The notes under the pieces are model-generated. The model did not search any database. It worked only from the letters and a program-made list of their open reading frames with translations, and was not told the DNA's origin. A DNA stretch of 64,000 bases from Leucoraja erinacea. Its lineage: Eukaryota. The position numbers were made by a program, and so were the translations under genes. Below are positions 12,489-24,782 of the stretch, piece after piece (the first letter of the stretch is position 1; the number at the start of each line of letters is the position of its first letter). The stretch covers positions 10,478,001-10,542,000 of the forward strand of contig NC_073406.1 of assembly GCF_028641065.1 (NCBI RefSeq), in the 5' to 3' direction.

Positions 12489-12905
12489 ATCTTTGATTCG
12501 AGATCAATCCTGCTTTCTTCAATTGACATAACTTAAATTCCTCTTGCTGGAGCTGTTCCTGATCCGGTGGATTCAGATTCTACGCGGCGCCCAGGCACTT
12601 TTTGATTCTATTCACTTCTCAGCAAGTAGGGCAGCACAGTGGCGCATTTTTTTTTATACTTCCTTTAAGGGAAATTCATTTTTTTGTCTCAAAATTGAGA
12701 CAATGACAATATATTTGAATACAATACAATACAATACAATACAATACATCTTTGATCCGACAACAATCCTGCTTTCTTCAATAGACATAGCTTAAATTCC
12801 TCTTGCTGGAGCTGTTCCTGATCCGGTGGATTCAGATTTTACACGGCGCCCAGGCACTTTTTGATTCTATTCACTTCTCAGCAAGTAGGGCAGCACAGTG
12901 GCGCA
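12489..12905 (+). repeat. 158-bp direct repeat (12489-12646, 12748-12905) flanking a 101-bp LINE-type 3' end with (CAATA)n tail
   Basis: Period 259, a handful of mismatches; insert has hairpin TGTCTCAA-AA-TTGAGACA and ends (ATACA)n. Confidence 0.9.
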
Positions 12906-13195
12906 GCGGTAGAGTTGCTGCCTTGCAGTGCCAGGGGCCTGGGTTCGATCCTGACCACGGTTTGTATCTGCACGGAGCTTGTACGTTCTCCCTGTGATCG
13001 CATGGGTTTTCTCCAGGTGCTCCGGTTTCCTCCAACACTTGTGCAGGTTTGTAGGTTAATTAGCTTCTGTAAAATTGTAAATTGTCCCTAATATGTAGAA
13101 TAGTGCTAATGGATGGGGTGATAGCTGGTTGGCACGGACTCTGTGGGCCGTAGGGCCTGTTTCCCTGCTGTATCTTTAAACTCTAAAGTAAACTC
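12887..13195 (+). mobile_element. HE1-like V-SINE
   Basis: Full head, core and tail; its first ~19 nt are also present in the upstream duplicate. Confidence 0.9.
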
Positions 13196-13199
13196 CAAA

Positions 13200-13435
13200 G
13201 TAGCATAACCAACAATCATTGCTCATCCTTCATTGCCCCTGAACAGAGTGACTTGGTTGGCCATTGAAGAAGTCTTTGCTAAAAGGGTCAGCTACATTCT
13301 TGGGTCCAGAGTCACAAACTGGGATTTTAACAAATGGAAACAAAAAAGCAGATGTTATTTTCTAATTCCAGATTATTAAGCAAATTTAAATTCCACAATG
13401 GAATTTGAACTCAGGTCATTGGATTGTTAACCTCA
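13200..13435 (-). mobile_element. Ancient chondrichthyan tRNA-SINE-like relic
   Basis: CATTGCTCATCCTTCATTGCCCCTGAAC...AAATTCCACAATGGAATTTGAACTC resembles an old shark SINE family (recalled). Confidence 0.5.
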
Positions 13436-13959
13436 GCGGCAAAGGATGGCATAGTGGCGCAGCTGGTAGAGTTGCTGCCTTGCAGCGCCAGAGATCTGGG
13501 TCCGATCCTGACCTCTGATGCTGCCTGTGTGGAGTTCGCAAGATCTTCCTTTGACCGTATCTCTTGATTTTCTTTGCTCCAAAATTGCCAGTGCTTCCTC
13601 CAGATCTTTTAAGAAACAGCTCTGGAGATCTCTTTCTAAACTTCAGTGTCTCCATCCCTCCCTTCTCTGTTAACAGAAAAGTGGTCTCAATATTAAATAC
13701 ACTGATGGAAAATCCGAATTACCGGAGTTTAGAGCACAGACCATTCGATTCATCCAGTCAACGCAAAGTATTGTTCCAGCAACATAAAGGGACTAGACCC
13801 AAAACGTCACTAACAATTTTCTCCACAGAGGCTGACTGACCCAATGAGTTTCTCCACCATTTTGTGTTTTGCTCAAGATTCCAGCTTCTCCAGTTCCTTG
13901 TGTCCCCGCAAAGCTATCGGCCTATTATTTATTTCAAAGGAAACTATCATCCCTGCCTT

Positions 13960-14280
13960 CTCAACACCCTTGCATCTAAACTATTCAATCTTCTGTGCTT
14001 ATTGGAGTTTAATTCAGGTCTGCAGTAGAGCGGATTATCCAGCAATGGGGATCTCGGTGTTATTGTCTGAGAGTCCTTGTTGTACTTTCGCCCGTGAAAT
14101 TGTTTGAACTCTTTCACAAGCTGCATCTGCTGCGGTATGTGCACAGCCCTCTGGGGACAGTGCCTGAGTGTATCCACATGATTCCGTCTTGCTGTTTCCA
14201 ATGGGGTAATGTTGGAAGCTCTTAAAGCTCTTACGGGATTTACACAGCCCTCTTGTGATGTACTGATTCCGTGTCATCTT
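13960..14280 (-). other. Deletion-riddled ghost copy of the Vingi fragment at 15290-15745
   Basis: Colinear exact blocks AGGTCTGCAGTAG, GGATTATCCAGC, GGGACAGTGCCT, TGCTGTTTCCAATGGGGTAA, AAGCTCTTACGGGATTT. Confidence 0.8.
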
Positions 14281-14867
14281 TTAATAGTGAGGGGACTATT
14301 AGATTATTCAAAACCTTGAAGTTCTTGCATGCCTGAATGATGTCGCTATCCAATCTTTTTTGGCTTTGGCAACTACGACTTAAAGAGTAACATTTCTTGA
14401 ACTACTTTTGGAAAGGAAATTAGTCTTGGGGGAGTCTGAACAAGCCATTTCCACAGCTCTCACCGTGTCTCTTTTAAAATCCCTTAGATTTTCCTTTTAA
14501 TTATTATAATCCAAAATATTGGCCCAGTTCTCCCTTATCAATTCTCTTCTATTTGCATTTGCTGCATTTATTTTCTTGTTCAACTTAGAAAGCATAATTA
14601 TTTCCTTGCAGGAAAAAAAAATTGACATCTCTTAGATCTAACCATTTTATGTGAAAAAATATATTTCCAGGCTGAAATGTTATGGAAGCATCTCTTGTCT
14701 CATTAATAATATGGAACCCCAAAATATGTCTCTGTATTATTTGCAACTGATCAGTTTCCCTATTATTTATCATCCCATTTAACATTACTTTGTGGTCCAT
14801 ATTCCTATTCCTACAAATGAATAAATGCTTCACTGCCCTGTCCCCTGAGCAAAGGACTGCCCTCATT

Positions 14868-15165
14868 ACTTTAGTTTTGCTTAGTTTAGAGATACACTGT
14901 GGAAACAGGCCTTTCGGCCCACCGAGTTTGCGACGTCCCGCATGCTCACACCATCCTACACATACTAGGGACAATTTTTTTACAAGTATAGCAAGCCAAC
15001 TAGCCTACAAATCCTGGACGCCTTTGGAGTGTGGGAGGAAACCGGAGCACCTGAAGAAAACCTACGCTGGTCACGGAAGAACGTGCAAACTCCGTAGAGA
15101 CAGGACCAATAGTCAGGATCGAACCCGGGTCTCTGGCACTGTAAGGTGGAAACTCCACCATGCCG
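14868..15165 (-). mobile_element. HE1-like V-SINE
   Basis: Tail, core and head on the minus strand. Confidence 0.88.
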
Positions 15166-15319
15166 TCAGCAGAAAGAGGCAGGAAAGATGTCCCCATTAC
15201 CTATCCCAATACCGGTGCCATGATAAGACCAGAGAGTGGTGAACCTAGTCGAACTGTTGCCTCACGGATTCAAAAACATGAGTTCAACTCCTTCCCAGTT
15301 CTCCCTCCAGTCTTATGGT

Positions 15320-15745
15320 CTACAACTACATTGTATCTTCAGTAGTTGCTCCCCACTGCTGTAAACATCGTTGCTCTATTGGAGTGTTAAGTGCAAGGTC
15401 TGCAGTAGTACATGGATTATCCAGCGATGGGGATTGCAGTCGGTGTTGCATTGTCTGGGTCTGTGTGCCACAGTCACAGGTTGTTGTACCCTTGATGTCG
15501 TCCCGTTTGTGTATTGTCACCCTTGATGGCCCGACCCCGGTTCACAGTCGGTGGTAAGTACTCTGCTGCTGGTATGTGCCCATCTTGGTGGAAATAGGGA
15601 CAGTGCCTAGTCTGTTCTTCCACATCTGGAGGCGAGCTTCAGTTGGTGCTGTTTCCAATGGGGTAACGCTGGTTAGGAAGCTCTTACGGGATTTTAACCG
15701 CCTAGGAGGGGGCACATGGTTGTGTCATGGGTGTCTATTGGGAGC
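15320..15745 (-). mobile_element. Vingi/Ingi-like non-LTR retrotransposon, degenerate 3' coding end
   Basis: Minus-strand translation RHP*HNHVPPPRRLKSRKSFL...HRL*TGVG...TCDCGTQTQTMQHRLQSPSLDNPCTTADL matches Vingi motifs (RLKSRKSF; NRLRTGVGR; CxCG-QTMxH-xxCP). Confidence 0.8.
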
Positions 15746-16005
15746 TGTTATCAGGCAACGGAATCATCCTACCACAGGCGGAAAGCAGTGCTGAACTACT
15801 ATCTACCTCTGATGTTCCTTGCACTATCCTTGACCAGACTTTGCTGGGTTTACCTTGCACTAAACGTTATTCCCTTATCATGTATCTGTACACTGTAAAT
15901 GGATTGATTCTAATCATGTACCTTCTTTCAGCTGACTGGTTAACATGCAACAAAAAGCTGTTCACTGCACTTCAGTACACGTGCCAATAAACTGAACTGA
16001 ACTAA
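15742..16005 (+). mobile_element. Rex1/Babar-like 3' UTR fragment
   Basis: GCTGTTATCAGGCAAC...CAACAAAAAGCTGTTCACTG...AATAAACTGAACTGAAC. Confidence 0.7.
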
Positions 16006-16190
16006 CACTTCCGATTAGCAATTGTACGGAAATAGGCCACTAAGTCGCATGCAAGAGGCATCATATTTTGGTGCCATTTTGGTTCCACCAGATTAACATC
16101 TCTTGCATTTGCAAAGAGCCGACATGGTGCATCACTCACTTGGTTCCTGATCCATATCGTCAGTTCCAAACATCAGTTGCTTTTTCAGTA

Positions 16191-16238
16191 GAGCTTCCTC
16201 TCATCTTACATTTCGAGCTTCCTCTCATCTTACATTTC
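16191..16238. repeat. 24-bp tandem duplication
   Basis: GAGCTTCCTCTCATCTTACATTTC x2. Confidence 0.95.
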
Positions 16239-17022
16239 TTGGTTCACCCACCTCTTGTAGGAAATGTAACCACCATCGACCTCCCCCAATCTCAACAACA
16301 GCCATATGTTTTTAAACACAGAGCTGTTTATCTCATGTTGAATACAAAGTGTAGATCTGTGCATCATATTCAAGTTCCAAGAGTAGAATTGGGCCATTCA
16401 GCCCATCAAGTCTGCTCCGCTATTCAATTATGGCTGATCTATCATTCCCTCTCAGCCCATATTCATGCCTTCACCACATAACCCCTGACAATAATATTCT
16501 GGAGCATCAATGATGTACTAACTGAGTTTGCCTCGAATCCACCAGTAACCAGTAGGGTATGGAGATGTACCATTTGTGGCTGTCCTTCTCGGCTGAACCC
16601 TCGCAATCTGGAATGGCTTCTTCCGCCCAAGGTCTGATGTGAGGCCAATGATAAAATCACAGACTCATCAATGCATGGGGTGGCCAGCTCTCTCTGCCAT
16701 TTACTCTGGTCCTCCATGTGCTTCTAATACAAGGCCTCAAGGATGCTTTAACCAGCCCCATGCACCTTCTCCACTGTGAGCAATCATGGGATGGGGATTC
16801 CCTGGAGTTTAGTTTAGAGATTCAGCATGGAACCAGGCCCTTTGCCCCACCGAGTCCATGCCATCCATTGATTGCCCGCTCACACCAGTTTAACTTTACT
16901 TTACTTAGCGCAGATAATGCAGACTTTCATGAAGGCATGTGAGCATCCTTGAATCACTTCCTCTGTCCACCTCACAATATCGTCCTGTAATGGAGCTCGA
17001 TACAGAGCGCCTGTTTCAGAAG

Positions 17023-17254
17023 GTAGACACAGAATGCTGGAGTAACTCAGCGGGAGAGGCAACACCTCTGGATAGAAGGAATGGTTGATGCTTCGGGTCG
17101 AGACTCTTATGCAGACTGAAGAAGGGTCTCGACCCGAAACGTCATCCATTCCTTCAATCCAGAGATACTGCCTGTCCCACTGAGTTACTCCAGCATTTTG
17201 TATCTATCTCCAGTGTAAACCACCAGCTGCAGTTCCTTCCTACACTTTTGACCG
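17023..17254. mobile_element. Fold-back Penelope-pLTR-derived mini-element with 10-bp TSD
   Basis: Inverted arms centred near 17115; GTTTCAGAAG at 17013-17022 and 17255-17264; hammerhead core at 17116-17143. Confidence 0.8.
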
Positions 17255-18403
17255 GTTTCAGAAGTCTGGGCGTGCAATTCACATGTTATCCCCTCTCTCT
17301 TCCTCCCCCCCCTCCCCCTCCCTCTGCCACTTGTAGAAGAGATTTGTTATTCATGCTTCAGATAATCGCTGCAAATGCAAGTTTTTGAGCTGTTCCTTCC
17401 ATCGCCATGAATGGTCCAATTGCTACCCTGCAATTAAATGTATTTACTATGCATTTTTATTCATGAGGGTTTTGAAAGGCCTTTGTAGATGATTCAGACA
17501 GAAATGGTCTCACATGGTGCTCAGTCATGAGGTCAATATAGTAAATAATACAATACTACCACAGGGCACATTCAGAATTTAAATAATTATACTGAATGTA
17601 AACTTCAGCTCTCGTTTTAAATAAATCACGTCAGATTTAAATAACAGTCACAACACACAAGGTCTGCGATAAAGATTATGGAAATCAGTAAGGCAAAGAT
17701 GAAAGGTTTACTTTGGAAATGATTGATTTTTAAGAGGTTTTAGAGGAAGGATCTCGAGAAAATAAACTGGAATATTTACTGTCAATATTGGTGTAGAGCA
17801 GCACTGCAGGGCATTAATATCAGCTATCAACTGAGTTCAGGGGAAATATATTCGACCGAAAAGAAATATATAAGACCGAGAAGCAGGAACAAGTAAACCA
17901 ACCATGCCGTACCATGATGGGCAAGGTGAAGTAGTGTTTGTAATTAAATGAAATGGTGGAAATGATAAGCTAGAGGATGGCGTAGAGATGACAGCAGGGG
18001 TTAGGAAAACAGTCGAACATATGAGAAGATAAAATGAAAACTAATATTAAATCATCGAGGAACATAAACAGAAAAATAGACTGTTTTGCAGATACATGAA
18101 TAATAATAATAGAAAAATTAGAGTGTGTATAGGAGTCATACATTTCCAGATAGGAACAGCAAACCCTCGGAAATAACAAATAGTGTAGTCATTTCGCCTT
18201 TGTATTTACCAGAGCATTGTTGGCAGATATAATGTTGGAAGAAAGGGCAAAAATATCATTTAAGATAACAAAACAGATGAATTAATCAAACCGAGAGAGT
18301 TTTAACTCTTCCAACCCTAACCAAATGACTTTCATCCAGGGGTACTAGCAGTAAAAATGATCAGAATTAATAATACAAATCTGTGGCGGGGGAGTCTGCT
18401 AAT

Positions 18404-18603
18404 CAGTTTAATTTAGTTTAGAGATACAGCGTGAAAATAGGCCCTTTCGCCCACTGAGTTCGCACCGACCAGTGATCACCTGGTACACCCGCACTATCCT
18501 ACGCATACTAGGGACAATTTACAATTTTGCCGAAGCCTGTTAGCCCCACAAAGCTGTACGTCGTTTGAGTGTGGGAGGAAACCGGAGCTCTTGGAGAAAA
18601 CCT
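18404..18603 (-). mobile_element. V-SINE 3' half, truncated by CR1
   Basis: Tail and core present, head missing. Confidence 0.85.
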
Positions 18604-19138
18604 GATCATCCCCAATCAGTACCCCGTTCCTGCCTTCTCCCCATATCCCCTGACTCCGCTATCTTTAAGAGCCCTATCTAGCTCTCTGTTGAAAATATCC
18701 AGACAACCGGCCTCCAACGCCCTCGGAGGCAGAGAATTCTACAGACTCACAACTCTCTGTGAGAAAATGTGTTTCCTCATCTCCGTTCTAAATGGCTTAC
18801 CCCTTATTCTTAAACTGTGGCCCCTGGTTCTGGACTCCCCCAACATCGGTTTCCTGCCTCTAGCGTGTCCAAACCCTTAATAATCTCATACGTTTCAATA
18901 AGATCTCCTCTCATCCTTCTAAACACCAGAGTGTACAAGCCCAGCCACTCCATTCTCTCAGCAAATGACAGTCCCGCCATCCCGGGAATTAACCGTGTAA
19001 ACCTACGCTGCACTCCCTCAATAGCAAGAATGTCCTTCCTCAAATTAGGGGACCAAAACTGCACACAATACTCCAGGTGTGGTCTCACTAGGGCCCCATA
19101 CAACTGCAGAAGGACCTCTTTGCTCCGATACTCAACTC
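18602..19138 (-). mobile_element. Young CR1 LINE fragment (RT C-terminus)
   Basis: ORF 18810..19103: YGALVRPHLEYCVQFWSPNLRKDILAIEGVQRRFTRLIPGM...RRMRGDLIETY. Confidence 0.95.
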
Positions 19139-19739
19139 AAAATGAATTTCATTGTACCTTGGTACATGTGCTATACCATATCCTATTCGAAAATGATCTG
19201 ACTCGTCATTATCTGACTGAATCATTATCTGATTCAGCACTGTCAGTCATGTTGTTACACCTCCAATATTGTTTAGAACTAACGAATAAAAAGTAAAAGA
19301 AAATTATTGGTTTAATTATTATTGGTCCTATAACATTATATCTCCTGGAGATTATAAACACATCCTGGACAGCTGATAACCCCCATCCTCATGTGAGGGC
19401 ACTCATCTGCCTGTTGTGTTCATTAACACTGATCCATCACCAACAAACTGCTCTCCAACCCACTCACTGAAGTCCAAAGCAAATCACTTGCATTAATAAC
19501 TGCTGCAGCAAGTGGAATTTCATCAAAATGTAAACACTGATATTGTCTCCTTCTGAATTAGCATTGTTTAATTTTGTATCCTCTGCACATGCAACAATAC
19601 TGGAACAGATGGGTTTAGTGAGCAAGAGAGTCTCTTACTGATTTCACAGGAGGATATCAATCTTCTTATCAAGCTGGCCTTGGGTATTTACGCAATGCCA
19701 TTTCTTTTCACATAATGCACAAGCATGGATCTTGAATTA

Positions 19740-20010
19740 AGGGTGGCACAGCAGTCGAGCTGCTGCCTGAAAGTGCCAGAGACCAGGGTGCTCTCTGTAT
19801 GGAGTTTGTACGTTCTCCCTGTGACATGCGTGGGTTTTCTCCGGATGCTCCAGTTCCCTCCCACACACCAAAGACGTACAGGTCTGTAGGATAATTGGCT
19901 TGGTAAAATTGTAAAATTGTCCCTAGTGTGTGTAGGATCGTGTTAGTGTACGGGGATCGCTGGGCGGCATCGGCTCGGAGGGCTGAAGGGCCTGTTTCAG
20001 TGTTGGTATA
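19740..20010 (+). mobile_element. HE1-like V-SINE
   Basis: Head with B-box deletion, core, tail. Confidence 0.88.
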
Positions 20011-20286
20011 TTCATGTAAACATCAAATTCCCAAGGACAATTGGGTCTGGGCAGTAGATATTGGTTTTGCCAGCATTTCATGTTGTGTAAAATGAATAAA
20101 AAATTACCTTAAACATTTCAATTATCTTACCCTTTCACTCTCTATATTCAAGCAAATATACTTTCTGTCCGTGAAACCCTTTGACAAATGCTTTTATCAT
20201 GATTCCTTTCTCTTCAAAGTGGCACTTATATTTACCAAGATCATTTCCAAGCGTTAGATAAAAATAAGATTCAACAACTTATTGCG

Positions 20287-20612
20287 GGAGGCACGGTGGT
20301 GCAGCGGGAGAGTTGCTGCCTTACAGCGCTTGCAGCGCCAGAGACACCGGTTCAATCCCGTCTACGGGTGCTGTCTGTACGGAATTTGTGCATTCTCCCC
20401 GTGACCCGCGTGGGATTTTGCCGAGATCTTCGGTTTCCTCCCAAAATTCAAAGACATACAGGTTTATAGGATTTTTGGCTTGGTATAAGTGTAAAATTGT
20501 CCCTGGTGTGTGTAGGATTGTGTTAGTGTGTGGGGATTGCTGCTCAGCGCGGACTCGGTGGGCCGAAGGGCCTGTTTCCGCACTGCATCTCTAAACTAAA
20601 CTAAAACTAAAT
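20287..20612 (+). mobile_element. HE1-like V-SINE (head with 9-nt insertion CAGCGCTTG)
   Basis: Full length with (TAAAC)n tail. Confidence 0.9.
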
Positions 20613-20924
20613 CAAGTGTCAACTCTGCAAGGAAGAGCTGAATTGTCTGATCTACAGGCAATGTGTTTTATGAACACCCGTGTAGTAACTAGTATTAAAT
20701 GAGGCAGTTTTATCACAATAATTAAAAAGGATATGATGTGCATTGTAATTAAACTTATTACCTTGGGTTTGAAATTCCCTTCACGCTCGGCACAGAATTG
20801 ATGAACAATATGTTTCTTCAACAATGCCATTCACCAATTAACATAATTGGAGGATACAGTGGCTGAAGGTGGCATGGAATAGCCATAGTCAACTGACCGG
20901 ATCATATTCCAATTCAATGGTTGA

Positions 20925-21282
20925 AGATAGAGACAAGGTACTCAAGTAACTGCAGGCCAGGCAGCATCTCCGGATAGAAGGAATGGCTGACAATTCGGGT
21001 CAAGACCCTTCCTCAGACTGAGAGTCAGGGGAGAGGGTGACACAGAGATAGGGAAGGGTAAGGTGCGAAAACGAGACATTAAAGGGGACGAAGTTAAGGA
21101 AAATGCAGAAAAGATGATCGATTGCTCGGGGAAGGTGACACCGAAGTATACAAAGATAAAATTTAATCAGGACAGTCAGACTGTTCAAACTAGGATGGGG
21201 GAGGGGTGGAGAGAGGAGGAAATCAAGGGCTACTTGAAGTTAGAGAAGTCAATATTCATACCGCTGGGTTGTAAGCTGCCCA
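20925..21282 (-). mobile_element. Penelope-like element 3' end and pLTR
   Basis: Minus strand encodes GSLQPSGMNIDFSNFK* (PLE GIY-YIG C-terminus) followed by the pLTR. Confidence 0.85.
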
Positions 21283-21574
21283 ATGGTTGAACATCCTGCT
21301 GGTAACAGTACATGGGGCTCATATCTGACAAGGCAGTGAGTTCCTAAAAGATTTTTCAGTTCCCTTGAAGGGAGACAATATGAAAAACAGTCAGTTAATA
21401 TGAAGTCACCTGTGTAGTTACTCCCCACGTTTATAATGTGGCCAACGCACTGCATGTCGGTCTATTCATATTAATTCACAGTTTAGACATTTGCCATTTG
21501 CTCAAAGTAACTGCAGCAGAATAGCTTAGAAACAAAATATGAACTGCGGCCTTATGCTTCAAGAGAACCATGAA

Positions 21575-21890
21575 GGGACAGCACAGTGACGCAGTGGTAC
21601 AGTTGCTGCTTGCAGCCCCAGAGACCCGGGTTCGATCCTGACTACTGGTGTTGTCTGTATGGAGTTTGTACGTTCTCCCTGTGGCCTGCGTGGGTTTTCC
21701 CTGGGAGCTCCGGTTTCCTTCCACACTCCAAAGACATACAGGTTTGGAGGTTAATTGGCTTATTATAAATGTAAATTGTCACTAGTGTGTGTAGGATAGT
21801 GCGAATGTGCGGGGATTGCTGGTCGGCGAGGACTCGGTTGGTCGACGGGCCTGGTTCTCGCGCTATATATATCTCTAAACTAAACTAAGC
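21575..21890 (+). mobile_element. HE1-like V-SINE
   Basis: Full head, core and tail. Confidence 0.9.
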
Positions 21891-22124
21891 TAGCCGGGTA
21901 TCATTCTGACACCCAGTGCTGCAGTCTTTTGTGTCTGTGAAAGGTTAATTGCCCGTCTGAAGCTCAACTGATTTGAGGTGTCACACCAGGATGACCTTCT
22001 GGCCCAGTACAAGAAGCTTCAGTTTTGGCCCAGCGTTAATACTCACAGCTCTGCGGCAGAAACGAAGATTTATTCCCAAGTTAAGGATCTAAACGTGAAA
22101 GCAAACACTTCAAGTGTGTTTAGT

Positions 22125-22378
22125 TTAGTTGCAGTGAAATGAAAGTGGCAATGCTCGCGGAACAACAAAACAACCAAACAAATTATAAACACAATCATAA
22201 CACACATATTATTTTTACATAATAAATAATAGAAGGAAAAACGTTCTGTACAGTTAGTCCCTGGTGAGAAAGGCGTTTACAGTCCGAATTGCCTCTGGGA
22301 AGAAACTCCTTCTCAACCTCTCCATTCTCACTGCATGGCAACGGAGGCGTTTGCCTGACCGTAGCGGCTGGAACAGTC
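22125..22378 (-). mobile_element. Rex1/Babar LINE 3' fragment
   Basis: Minus strand LFQPLRSGKRLRCHAVRMERLRRSFFPEAIRTVN (LLPSGRRYRS...SFFPxAIRLLN motif). Confidence 0.8.
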
Positions 22379-22383
22379 TGTTG

Positions 22384-22710
22384 CAGTTTGGAGATACAGC
22401 GCGGAAACAGGCCCTTCGGCCCACCAAGTCCACGCCGACCAGCGACCCCGCACATTAACGTTATCCTACACAGACTAACGACAATTTACACATACACCAA
22501 GTTAATTAACTTACACAAACCCGTACGTCTTTGGTGTGTGGGAGGAAGTCGAAGATTTTGGCAGGGGGGTGAAAACCCACACGGTCACGTGGAGAACGTA
22601 CAAACGCTGCACAGACAGCGCCCGTAGTTGAGCTCGAACCCGGGTCTCTGGTGCTGCAAACGCAGTAAGGCAGCAAGCAACTCTCTCGCTGCACCATCGA
22701 GCCACCCTCA
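22384..22710 (-). mobile_element. HE1-like V-SINE
   Basis: Tail, core and head on the minus strand. Confidence 0.88.
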
Positions 22711-23463
22711 TAAAGTGGAAGGAGATTCTGTTGACTTTCCAATTGATGGGTAAAAGTGGGACTCCACATGGATAGGCAAAGACTGACCAGTTGTTGGAAT
22801 GCAGGGGCAGCACATATCATAAAAACACCAGCGTACAGCCAACGAGATGCTAACTTAAACCATGGCGAATCGAACATCCAGGAGACAACCTCCTGAGGTT
22901 ATTTTTTTGCACTGTCATTTAGATGCAGTACACAAGTTGAACATAACAATGATAATGAAATAATAACAACTTTTTGCTTCAATAGTTTGTAATAACTGAG
23001 ATGAATCATTTTTCAACAAAATGACTACCAAGTATATCAGTGGCGCATTAACCTGCTGATAACGTAATTCTGTGGAAAATATTCAAAGAGCACTGCGGCA
23101 ACATTTATCTGACTGGATAAGATTAGTCCAGATAGATCATGACAAGAGGTAGCCATTAAAAACAAATGGTCACAAAGTTAGATGGAATAAATGGGAACCG
23201 TAACAATTGAATTGGAGTTTTGAAGCAAGGGGAATAATGAAAAATGAAAATCAGTAAACAAGTGTTTATCTGATGTGGGACAGGTTGAGGAAGCCTTTAA
23301 CAAAATTTACATTTGAGCATTTGCTGAAGTGGTGTTCGACTTCCAGCATGACTCACAAACAACCTGCCACCTGCCATGCACTTTCCAATATTTACAATTC
23401 CATCCTCTGCAAACTAAACAAGAAGAAGGGTTTGGTCCATTTAATTTTCCTTATCGCTCTGAC

Positions 23464-24014
23464 AATAGACAAAAGGTGCAGGAGTAGGCCATTCGGCCCT
23501 ACGAGCCAGCACTGCCATTCAATGTGATCATGGCTGATCATCCCCAATCTGTTTGCTGCAAAGATGACCTCACCTGTACCTGCTCCTTGTAAAGGCTCCA
23601 TTCTGTCCCCTCCTACCAACCCCATTCACTATCTACCCTGAATAGGCCCTGATTTAAAACCTCTCTCACTAATGCCTTTAAACTATCTTTATTTTCCTTT
23701 ATTGGTGCCTATCCCTCTACCAAAGATAACAAGGCTTCTCAATTGTGTTTTTTTAATTTCCTGTACTATGCTCTCACCCCCTCCCCTTATAACCAGTAAG
23801 GATTGAGTCCCCCTTTTTCCTCACTGTCAATCCATCAGCCTCCACATACAGCAGATCATACTTTACAACTCCTACCACCTCCATCACTCCTCCACTTCAA
23901 CATTCATGGGGAGAAGGTACAAACTCCGCAGAGACAGCATCCTTAGTCGGGATCGAACCCGGGTCTCTGGCGCTGTAAGGCCGCAACTCTTTCGCTGTGC
24001 CACCGTGCCACCCC
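23464..24014. mobile_element. Cluster: CR1 tail (-), degenerate Penelope-like fragment (+), V-SINE head (-)
   Basis: Diagnostic motifs of each family; the Penelope part resembles the reverse complement of 44900-44990. Confidence 0.6.
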
Positions 24015-24782
24015 ATGTCGCTACTCTTGAAATTTGATGTTCCATCGAACTTCAATCTTCCTTGAGCCCACTTCCATTTACAGAATTAACAATAAAATTG
24101 AAAAAAAATATTAAGGAACAACATTTGAATTCATTAAATTAATTAAAAAGGATATGTTGCACAAACTGTACACCAGCCGCACAAAGGTTTATTCTGTTCA
24201 CTCATATTTTATTAATTCTGAGCTAGCATTAACCTGCTCTCTGGAGCAAGCAGCAAAGTATTTAAATCAAATATTGCCTCTTTTATGAGCTGCCTTCATT
24301 TAGCAGGCATAACTCTGACTGACTCTGCAGAGGTTTCTGTATAATTACAGTTCTGAATAACTTATCTGCTTAACCTACATATCTTTCCTATCACTTGTAA
24401 TATTTCAGAGACTGACTGGCAAGGTCACATTCTTCATTCGGAGTGATTGCGATGATGATGAGTACAATGATTTGAGTAGGTACACAAATGCACTAAAGAC
24501 GCTCAGACGCACAATGAAATGCTCTGCCTTCTTCTGAGAGATTGACCCGAGGTTGAACAGCTGTTGCTTCTCCAGTGGGTTCCTGAGTGGCTGAAGAGGT
24601 CTGTGTAAGACCCACAAAGGTTCAATAACCTAGATGGTGGAAAAGGCATTTGGGCTCTTTTGGATTTCTCTACCCTGTTCTGCTGCTTGTTTTCAGCTTT
24701 AAGCACTCTATCAGAGAGATTTTGCTTGTCAGAAGAAGTGAACATTATATTATCTTGTACTGTAAGAGGAACATGTGATCAA

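Noticed and set aside
13548-13666. Minus-strand exon-like segment reading KGGMETLKFRKRSPELFLKRSGG (dibasic sites, prohormone-like)
   Set aside because: No signal-peptide exon, weak donor, abuts a SINE, and no recognisable homology.
18810-19103. Clean ORF with strong protein character
   Set aside because: It is the CR1 RT C-terminus inside a truncated LINE, not a host gene.
24408-24536. Plus-strand acceptor followed by RLTGKVTFFIRSDCDDDEYNDLSRYTNALKTLRRTMKCSAFF*
   Set aside because: Short, no recognisable family and no linked exons; compatible with chance.
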